Source of the DNA: Isurus oxyrinchus
Lineage: Eukaryota
Direction: 5' to 3'
NCBI GenBank assembly: GCA_026770705.1
Contig: JANJGN010000034.1
Location: 5,146,001 to 5,210,000 of the forward strand
DNA: 64,000 bases
The notes under the pieces: generated by a model
What the model saw: the letters and a program-made list of their open reading frames with translations, nothing else
Told to the model about the DNA's origin: nothing
Databases searched by the model: none
Shown: positions 53,857 to 64,000 of the stretch, piece by piece
Numbering within the stretch: the stretch's first letter is position 1
How the letters are laid out: every line of letters starts with the position of its first letter
Translations under genes and position numbers: made by a program

Positions 53857-53862
53857 AGGAAG
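53857..53862 (+). CDS. candidate 6-nt phase-1 micro-exon, (E)E
   Basis: Long polypyrimidine tract tttcattttttttt actctatcttccataatggcAG|aggaag|GTacgt. 36+6=42 nt completes two heptads. Confidence 0.4.
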
Positions 53863-54539
53863 GTACGTGTTTAAGATTCTGAACATCCAATGGAGCTGGC
53901 GAAGCATTGTTTGATGTGCTTTCCTTTGAAGCCTGAGTCACCCGTTGTAAGTGATATTGCCCTCGATAATCCTTGCTTTAGCAGAGGGCTTTAGGTGGAT
54001 TCAAAGAGCCAAAATGCATCAAAGGAAACATCACTAAACATAACATTTAAGAGACTCGTAGAAGAAGATATTAGAACTAGCGACAATGATAGTAATAATA
54101 ATAAATTAATAATAATCATAAATGTGTGTGAACATTCAGGATTAAAATCAGGGAATGTGATACCGTCGTAGAGGGTGCAGCAGATGATCTTAAAACTTTG
54201 AACCGTGGAAAGTGAATACAAAATGCTAAGTAGTGCACAGACCAAAATCGGCGTATACCAAGTGGAGAGAATTGAATGAGAGAAGTGCCATGAGAGCGCT
54301 AAAAATGCAGAGTGGACTGAATCCATTAGTACATTTGCTTTCAACGATTAGAATTATAAATTTAGAGTGCAGCAAACCACAATGCAACATAGCTGCACTA
54401 CCGTAGAGGCCTATATGTGACTAGTTATTACAGAAACTAACCTCGTCCATTTGAAAATTCCCAGACATTGCAAGAAAACATTGAAGGAGAGAGAAAAAAT
54501 AAGAATTAGGGATGAAGAGGAACGGCATATAAAAACCTA

Positions 54540-57500
54540 GGCAGATAGGCGATGTGAGCACGACGAGGCTATTTAGACCTTCGCGCCTCCTCTACTTTTC
54601 AAATATATCATCAATGATCCCATTAAGGCCTCAACTTCATGTTGGAGCCTACACATCCCCACGCTCTACTCCAACACCCTGTGACCCTTGATTCCCTTGT
54701 GTAGCAAAAATAATGTTATTTTTTTACCCTCCTTTGAATAAATTTTGTGATGTTCCCTCCGCTGCTTTCTGCGGAAGGGAAATTAGCATTTTATCGCCCT
54801 TTCACAGAGAAAAAAAAACAAATCTACTAATTTCCATCTTAATTTTGCTATACTCGTGTCCCCCGGTTCTAACTTTTCAAAAAATAGAAACATTCGACTA
54901 GCATATTACTATAAAACTTCCCGAGGATATTCTATCCTTCAATGAGACCAAGCCTCAGAGGTCTAAACACCAATCTGCTTAAGACCACACTGTTCAATTT
55001 ATTCTTCTTAAGAAAAGCCGATGATCCCAATAACGCATCGAATGCACTTTCCTGATCTGCTTCGAAAGAATTATATATTTGATTACAAATAACGAAATCA
55101 AACTGAATACAGACATCGAAATGTGTTCTCACTAAGGCTCGATACACACGGCAGAAAACTTCCATAACGTTATATTCCATTACACTTTCAAAGGTTGTCA
55201 AAATTAGATTTTTTTCCTTACCAATCACTTGCTGTACCTGCATAATTATCTTTTGTCATATAAATACTAGTACATTCAGCTTCTTTTGTACCTCTGAGTT
55301 CTCCATTCTATCTCAGTTTGCATAACATACCCCTTTTTCTATTCTTCCAGCCAAAGTGGACAAGTTCACATTATCGCACAACGTTTACCACCTTCTATTT
55401 TTGTCCATTCACTTAACCTATCTACACACTTTTGTAAACTGTATACCTCCTCTTGACAAAGTCATTCCCTGCCCATCTTGGTGTACTCTGCAAATTTAAC
55501 TGCCATACATTTCGCTTTTTCATCCAACTGATTGATGTTGATTACAAATAATTAAGGTCCCATCACTGATCCAATTGGCACAACACTTATTACAGTCTAC
55601 TAAACTGAAAACTATCCACATATTTCTACTTACTGCTTCTGTTATCTAACCAATTCTTTGCAGATGCTAACATCTTACCTTCTAGACAACTACATCTTAT
55701 CTTATGTAGAGACATTTGATGTGGCATGTTATCAGCTGAATACTGGAACGCTAAGATCACCACATGTAGGGTTACCACTTTATCCAGCGTGCGACTTAAA
55801 TTCTTGACAAAATGAATAAATTAGTTTAGCGCAATTTTCCTTACCTGAGCCTATGTTGGCTCGGCCTCATAATGTATTTATCCTGCAATAACTTCCTTAT
55901 TCATGGTTTCTTGAAATGTTCCTCTGACTGCTGCTAGACCATCTCGAAACTTCTTTCCTGCTTTCAGGCCCCATTCATTCTAGAGATGAGTGTTGCATTA
56001 GCCATTTTCCAATACACTAATATATCTCATTCATTTTGGAAGATCATATCTAACGAATATAACATCTCTGACAGCTTTTTCAATTGAGGCCCTACGGTGC
56101 ATGACTAGTGGCCGTGGGGTCTTTTCAATATTTACTTGTGGATGTTATCCCGCATGTATTTCTCTAGCGATGGTGATTGTTTTAATTATCTCCCTCCCGT
56201 TATCGTCTTGGTGTTCAAGCATCGTTAGATAGTTTTCTCTTTCTTCTACACTGAAGACAGACACAAAGCGCCTGCTCAACGCTCCTGCATTCCCGTTGTT
56301 TTAATTTTCACTGCGCAGACACAATTCATAGAGGGCCTACACTAGGTCTAGTTAATCTCTTCCTACATAGGCATTTGTAAAAACTCATAATATTTTGTTA
56401 TATGTAACCAGCTAGTTTTCTCTCACATGATTCTCTATCCGCTTTATAGTTTTAGTCTGTCCTTGCTAATTCTTCAAAATTCCCCAATCTTTTCACTTAA
56501 TACTATTATTTGTCGATTTATAAAGCATTTATTTCAATTTGATCGTATCCAATTCAAAGAGTTGTGTTTTCTTTCTTACAGAGCTATATCTGTGACGTTT
56601 TATATATCGCCTGAAATATCTGCCATTGCATCTAAACCCATGTAACGTAATTTCTTAACTGACATGTGCAGGATCTTCTTCAATTCCATTGTACTTAGGT
56701 TTTCTTTGTAATGTTCAAAGAGCTAGTCTTAGTCATTCATACCAACCAGGCAAGTTCAATCTTCAAATTATGTTATGTTATACTATTCTGCAGTATTTTA
56801 GGTAATCTGTCACCCAGAGGATCCTATACTACGAGCTCATTGATTAATGCTGTTCGATTGTTCATTACCAGGCCCAGGAAGGCGTCCTCCCTGTCTGTTG
56901 ATCAAAATTACTGCTCTCAGAAATTGTCAGCAATACATTCCATGTCCTTATTTGCCGGGCTAGATTAGCCAGTCTAATTAACCAATCGACATATAGATTC
57001 ATCTGGTACCATTCATAAAAGCACTCTGAATTTATTTCTCTATACCATATTCTGCTGCCTATCAACTGTTGCCAGGCCTAGAAATTACTCAAGAAAGTGA
57101 CCTGTTGTCTATTATCTTTCCTTTTGGAACCTAACTGGTTCCAAACTCTTGCTTATTGAATCAAAAGCCTTCTTCCATTAATGTGCAAATAGCATGATTA
57201 ATTAGAAAGCTACTGTACATTTTTTTGTCTCCTAGCTCCCTACATTTTGGCAATTTTAAACATCCATCAGTAGCCAGTTCGCAACCATGGTCACGTTGCT
57301 TCCATGTCACTGTAACAGGTATTGGATATAAATCTTTAGCTCTAAATGTGAAATCAATTAATTCATTTTGTTGAGAGTACTCAGATAAATAGACTACAAC
57401 TATGCCTTTTTTGCATAATGCTGGCGCACCCAAAAGTTTTCACTCTCTGTCCCTTCCTGCCACACATTGATTACCATTATCGAAGAGCTGTTATGTTCCC

Positions 57501-58500
57501 TTACCTCCTTGCTTCACTTTGACTTACTACATTCCTTTCCCATGCTCTATTCTCCACACTATTTGGTTTTAAGCCCTTGTATAAAGCCATAGATTCAAGA
57601 AGAGCCAAGACACTGGACCAAGCGAAAGTTTACGTGAAATTTCTCTCAACGGTGCAGCTCTGACTTCCTCCAGTATTGGTGCCAGTACGCAATGAATTAA
57701 AAAACAATTCATCTCACACCAGTCTTTTGGCAAGATTTTAACCTCTCTATTCTTATTCACACTACACCAATTTAGTCGTTTCACAGGTAATATTTCATAT
57801 ACTATTCCCTTTGAACTTCTGTTTTTCTAATTTTATTTAACCCTAGCTGTCCATAATCGATACACAGAACGTTTAACCAACTCATTTATATGCCTTTGGC
57901 ATCCAGGTGAACCACGGATCTGAATACACCCACTACCACTGGAGTTTCCTGTCCAGCCTCCTGCATTAACTCTGGCACCACATAGGCAGCAAATGGGTTT
58001 GGAATCACGCTTTGGACTGCAGACTACTGTGTCCATTGATCTCACCGTACTATCCATCAACACCGCGACAATTACTGTTAATGGTTCCAACTTGAATGCC
58101 CTTTTGAACGATGGTGCATTGGCCACTTTTCCCTTCTTTCTTGCGCTCTCGCTTGAAATGTGGAGGTTTGAAGAGTCTCCAATCTGTAGTATATTTGCAA
58201 AGGCTGAGGTTGATGCAATCATTTCCTCTGGGCTCACATACCAGCCTCCTTTCCAGCCATGACTGCTGAGTAAATCAGAATACCCTACACTATAGATGTG
58301 TCTGTGCCGAGGAATAAAATAGAGAGGTAACTTTGCTCTCTTCGGATGCATTGTATTGTTGGCAGCTCGGCCTCCAGACAATGTCTGTGAGTGGAACTCT
58401 TTCAATCCGCAGACTCTTCCGGGAGATGTGATCACCCTTGACCACGCACTGACAGGCGCTGGCACTTACTGCGGTCATAACACATCACCTGCCCTGACAT
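54540..58500 (-). mobile_element. old near full-length CR1 LINE
   Basis: ORF 57833..58465 contains esterase-like VAVLMDSTVRSMDTVVCSPKRDSKPICCLCGARV. ORF 54932..55243 contains QVQQVIGK..YRALVRTHFDVCIQF. Confidence 0.85.
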
Positions 58501-60494
58501 TATACATGTTTGTTACTTAATCTAGTGTTTTCCATATTGGTTCATTGGTCATATAATGCACAACACGTTGGCCCGCTTTATCACTGCCATTAAAATTTGT
58601 GATATTAATAAAAGCTTACAAGTTATAAATGAATGCAACAAAAGTTAGAGTATTAAGGACAAGCAGAGTGCTCACCTCGCAATTATTTAATATTTCCCAA
58701 TTTTTTCAGTTTTTGAATATGTTCAGAACATAGTTGACCCACAAACTGTGTCGCCACTCCCTCTGCTGTCACTCGACTTTAAGCTCCTGTTGCCCTCCGA
58801 ATTCTTGCGCTGTTTTTCAACCCTAGCTAACGCCTTCTCTGTAATTGCACTTTTCCATTCTTGCCACCCTCTCCCCTCACCCTCCGGTTTTGAACTCTGA
58901 ACATTTTGAACTCTAGTGCCGCTCTTCAATTGTCGATGTTCTGCTCTTCTGAAATGTTCATAATGCATTAATGCACAAGTCAGTTGTCTGCTTTGAAAAA
59001 AAGTGTATGATTTGCCTCAGTGTGAAACTACTGGCGCCATCAAAATTATCTCAGCCCCCAGCCGATCCATGCACCCGACCATTGGCATTGCACAATTTTC
59101 TCTTATGCGTCTCTGTCCTATATCTCAAAATCTCCACAAAAATGCACGTTTTGCGCTATAAGCAAGTAGCCAGAGAGATATCATGACTACCTTCTACAAT
59201 AGTCAACAGGAAACTTAGCATTCTGAACACAAATAGGGGCAGGGTTTACATTTTGTGTGTGGAGCATATGCGTGTGTGCATGTGTGTGTCTCTGTGTGTA
59301 TGCTGTTTCTAAATAATATACCATAAATATTTATATGAGCTACACTGGTTTCCACCAACAACACGTGTCACATTTACAGGGTAACGGAACTTCTCTCCGC
59401 AATGGCAGCCTTCGAAGCAATCATCACTTGGAGACATTGCTGAGCTGTTCCTGTAACCAGCCCACTGTTTGCGAGCGTTCTCACAAATATACCCCCGTCC
59501 ATGATTATGCAGCAGCCTCACGTTTGCTACTTAGTTGGATGCCTTAGGCAAATAGAGGCAAAGGGCAAAAGCCCTTCCGATGGTGTGACAACTCCAAGTT
59601 TATGCCCTAATACAGCACATCCGATGTCTCAAAAGGCATTCAATTCATTAGGATTCCTTCCTTGGCACATAACCAGGTTTCATTGCAAGGCGATATTGGT
59701 GGAGGGTTGTGCATCTGCTGCAAAGGAATGACGTGGCCTATGATATGTTCAGAAAAACTCATTTTAAGAAGTGCCTGTCTACAAAATGCTCGACATTGAA
59801 TGGCAAGAAAGCTCTGCTTGGGGGCAAATCGCTTTGCTTAATTATTTATTCTGGACTTTGCTGCTTGATGTGCCTATAAAACAGACTTCATGAGGACAAA
59901 GGTACCAACACTTGATGAAGGCCTTCAATGCTGCTTGCAGATTCCTGAGGCAAGCCATAGGCAATATTCGCGTGACTATGTTCCCAGTCTTTAGCCAATC
60001 ATTCGTTGTGTAAGCATTTACATCACTGGTGCAAAAGTGCTCCTTTAATAAGTGGAGCAGGGGAAATTTCAAATGAAAGATTTGCCCCGGAATCTCAGTT
60101 ACACTATACGTGACAGTGAAGGACGATAAAACAAATTATTTGGCAATATCCTGCGACAGATCTACAAATGTGCATCAATAGACAAATAAATGAAGGTTGA
60201 TATTTGGTTGTGTTGTTAGATGTTCAGTAATTCAGTTTGATCATAGTGAGATAGAAAATTATCGATCTCTGACAGAGGAGGGAAAAAGATCCACTTTTAC
60301 TTTTGTTTTCTTTGTGTTTTGCACCAGGACATTGCAGAACAATTTTACATGTAATTGAGCAACTTCCTAAAATGCATATGTTTACAACGTATGAAAGGCG
60401 ATAAAAATTTTAAGCACATACCTCTCCTGGAGGTCGTCTGCTGTTACGTCACTTCAACTAGCTCCAAATGCGTGTTTGCCCAATTAGGTCGCCA

Positions 60495-61610
60495 ATGTTT
60501 TAGCCTTCCAACGTAATTGAAGTGCTTCACTTCCCCCTAGGTTTTTTAAAAAAGAATCTAGAAGAATCGAATAAACATGTACTGTCCTGGTCTCCACTTC
60601 ATTAAATTCATGTGGAAGGAAAGTAGGTAATGCAGAGTAATAACATATTTTTAAAATCCATACATTTACGATATAACAAGCAACTGCTCATGTGAGTAGT
60701 TAGAAAATATTAAATCGATTGATTTAGTCCCGTTCTTACTTAGTTTTTTGTTTGATCGCTGAGAGTTCATTTATCTTCATGTGCATGTCTTCATCGATAC
60801 CTCTGTGCCTTTCTGGCCATCTCTTTTTCGAAAAATATATTTATGATAAGCAGATGTGGATCACAGGATCATTGTATGCATAATTGCTGTGTACAGGAAG
60901 AGATCCACGAAAATATTGATTAATTCCAATGTATTGCCATCTCTTCTTAACGAAAATGCAGCACTGGATCTTTGTGAGAATCTTCTAAAAGCAAAAGGTG
61001 AGGCAATCTATTCCGAGTTTGCTTGATGCGTTAGAATAATCCATTACAATGACATGTAGTTGATCCGCTGGCTACTGATAGTTGACTAAGGAGCATTGTT
61101 AAATTTTCAGCATTGACTCATGCGTCATAATTCATGCACATTCCTGTGTCTGTAATTTGAACAAGTTAGCAAATTGCATAACCATTCATCCCGTTTGCAA
61201 AGTAAGAGTTTCTGCCAGTGATATCATCATCTATAGCAAATATGGTTGTGTTGTTTTGTATTTCCATGCGTTGCGAATTTCAATTTACAATCAGATAGTT
61301 GGCATTTAAAATTCAGTGCTCAATACAGCTGTCCTTTGACAAGTTACTTGATTTGCCCTGTTTTAAAAACGATTGTTCCCGTCGTGTCGGGACGTTGTAA
61401 CGGCTTTTCAATTAATCCCGATCTGACAGCCTTCTCCCGGAATTATTCTGTGTTTGTTGAGATCACCATTCTTCTAGCCCTCCAGCGTCAATTAAGTGTT
61501 TGATTTGTCCCAGGTTAAAAAAAATAAATCAAGAAGAATTGGTAAAATGTGCGCTGTCCTGGTCTCCACTTCATGAAATTATTTTGGAAGAAAAATTAGT
61601 TGATGCATTT
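60495..61610 (+). repeat. diverged ~140-bp direct repeat (60495-60640 and 61463-61610) around an exon-like segment
   Basis: Shared tagcc.tcca.cgt..aagtg, ..ag|gtt..aaaaa..aatc.agaagaat and ctgtcctggtctccacttcat.aa. Confidence 0.75.
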
Positions 61611-63093
61611 TATAAATACTAATATTTATTTCAGGAAGTTTTCAGGTGCTAACAAACCTTTCATTTGCTTGATTATTTTCTTCTTGTTTTTGATGTTGTA
61701 ATCATTTTGCAATGCAAGGAAAGGCCAAATTAGTAGTCACAAAAATAGTCCCTCAGTTACGTCAAATTGCTAGACTAATACCTCTAGCTATCTACATGAC
61801 TTTCATGTAACTATCACTTACCCTGACAGCATTTAAGATGAATATCATCTGGTGTATTAAGAAACAATTGAGGTGATATCTCCTGTTGATAAATGACATG
61901 CCTGAAGGTTCAGGCTCCCGAATAGTGAAACAGAAACGTATCATATAGAATGCACGACACTTCTAGCAGATATTTCACAATATTCGGATATTGGGAACGA
62001 TTCCTACATGAAAGAGTCTTCACCCCAAAGGGCAGAATCCGATAAAAATAGCTATGTCAGTTTCCATTAAATGAGGAAAACGGGAAATTACTATGCAGGA
62101 ATGTTGTACAATTAGTTGGCCTAGTCTTCACAATATGTGGCGACCAGGATGCATGTTTACTTTTTAAAAGAAGCAAAGTTAAGTTAAGTGAGATATTCTC
62201 AATCAATTATTTTACCTAATGTCATTTAGCCATGAGAGATGAAAATGATGTCTATCCTTATAATAAAGGCGACGTTAAGTAATATACTGAAGCAGAATAT
62301 AAACTTCTACATTATAGATTAAGACTATTTGCTTTTAATTGACCCAGTGTCACCTTTATTCTCGTGAGAATACATCATTCAACAAGTCATGGAGATCAAC
62401 AATATAGCACTTTCTAAATTTGATGAATAATGACTCTCCAAGGGAAATATGGAATAGTACACGTAAGATGCCAATGGCTGCAAATATAAAAAATTGCATG
62501 TTAATTAAATGCTCCTCCGTGTCTCCCATATTGTATTTTTTGTTATAATTGTACAGGGACAGATGCATGTGAAGCCGTTATAAAATTAAAAGGTGAGCCA
62601 AAGTTGCTGTTTATTCGACACATTTGCATAACCACTGACACTGTGGAATACATAATATATTTGCTATCCATACAAGTGAGAATGAAAATGAAAAACATGC
62701 TAGATTCGTTTGATTGTTTGAACTGTCGAAATGGGCACATGGGCTGGGGACCTACATGATGAAAACTCTTTTTTATGCACATCTATGTGAACCGTTAAAT
62801 TTATTGTTTATTTTTGTAATAATATCATGGTTTTTTCATATGTATATATAGCTCTCACAAAGTTGTGACACAGCCTCATTCCTGATGATATAAGAATAGT
62901 GTGTTATTAAAAGCCACCTAATTCCAAAAACAAGCATATACAAGCTCCAGTATGTGCATATTTTAATAAACGAACGACACAAGTATAAGTTTATTTTTCA
63001 TGTATTTCCATGTAACGATATTTCCACTGCAATCAATAGACACAGGTAGGCAGCTAGATTTCTCGTTATTTCTTCTTTTATTTTATTTTTTAG

Positions 63094-63158
63094 TCATTAA
63101 TGGAAAACAAATCATACCAGGTGGCAGCGAGATCAGCACAGATATTGACGTAAAATAA
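63094..63158 (+). CDS. candidate phase-1 terminal coding exon (V)INGKQIIPGGSEISTDIDVK*
   Basis: Very strong acceptor ttcttttattttattttttAG. The frame stays open after the TAA for 22 more codons, to 63227. Confidence 0.4.
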
Positions 63159-63342
63159 AACGAAGAAGGCAACAGCATTGAAGTTGTCAGCTCTGCTAAC
63201 ATTGCCTCTTCTGAGTCATTTAAATAACTGTTGATTCTCTTTTCCTGAACACAAAGCTCTTTCAGCGCACACTTATATTTCCCCCTTAATAACATTGCTC
63301 AAATGTCTGCAAAATGGAGAGCAACCTTGGATCTGCAAGACT

Positions 63343-63896
63343 TTTTTGTATATTTCAGGCTCCATTTATGGCTGTAGCAACCACCATTGAGTAACCCCTT
63401 TAGCGTAGCAGACAAATGCATGGCAAGTGAAAATAATCGAGTTTGTGGGGCTTCCACCAATGAAGCGTCCATGTCTCATATCCGGGATTAACTGGTATTT
63501 TTGTTTTATTAAGCGTGGTTATAGGGAAAGAGCAATCAATTATTTGCTAATTTGACATCCTGCTATGAGATAGGATTCCATGAACTTATGAAAAAGCGTT
63601 GGTGGGTAATGCTTCTAATCGTAAGAAACAAAAAAAAAAGAAACAACATTTTCATGCAAAAAAAAATATTGTGGCCGAAAGGTTTTATCACCGAATAACA
63701 CTAAAATGTTTTTAATGCTCATACCTGAGGTTCATTTCAGATGACATTGCATTCTGCCAATTTCTGTAAACTAAAATACAGAAAATAGGCAATACAGCTA
63801 GAAAAGGTGCAGAGAAGCGCTCCTGAAATGCTCCGCTAAAGGGGTTACTCAATCGTGGTTGCTACAGCCATAAATGGAGCCTGAAATATACAAAAA
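63343..63896. repeat. 68-bp inverted repeat (63343-63410 and 63829-63896), 418-bp spacer
   Basis: The arms are reverse complements with 2 mismatches. Confidence 0.95.
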
Positions 63897-64000
63897 GCAT
63901 GAGATGTTTGAGATATGAACGTTAACAAAATAAACGTGGATCTTCTGCCCAAACGAAAGTATGTAATGGACAGCTTTAGAAGAGTCATTCAAATGGTGAG

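Noticed and set aside
57833-58465. Longest ORF (210 aa) as a host gene
   Set aside because: It contains CR1 ORF1 esterase motifs and is part of the LINE at 54540-58500.
1-64000. Prokaryotic operons, CRISPR arrays, rRNA or true tRNA genes, and V(D)J segments with RSS
   Set aside because: None recognised on reading. The tRNA-like sequences are degenerate retroposon heads.

Overview
This is AT-rich eukaryotic DNA, almost certainly from a cartilaginous fish (shark). That assignment is inferred from the repeat content. Most of the window is nested, degenerate retroelements: several CR1-clade LINEs (some near full length, with ORF1 zinc finger/SGNH esterase and ORF2 EN-RT remnants), a second LINE family with a tRNA-like 5' head, three Penelope-like insertions with 13-14 bp TSDs and minimal hammerhead ribozyme motifs, and a Ty3/Gypsy gag relic. 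I found no intact long ORF; the ORF track is mostly chance ORFs or frameshifted LINE fragments. The window has been duplicated at several scales (~25 kb, 2.2 kb, ~1 kb, 240 bp) and has a young 68-bp inverted duplication. The main hidden signal is a series of + strand, phase-1 micro-exons in the non-repeat islands: 21 nt at 39868 and 40420, 36 nt at 52872 and 6 nt at 53857, plus degenerate 21-nt paralogs at 18718 and 21135. Spliced together they give a leucine heptad register (ELKKEQR ELRKLKS DLADCQN SLKQKEE), the architecture of butyrophilin/BG/MOG-like cytoplasmic tails. No Ig, transmembrane or B30.2 exon was recognised, so the gene identity is an inference. Repeat boundaries are by-eye estimates (about +/-50 bp) unless a TSD fixes them.
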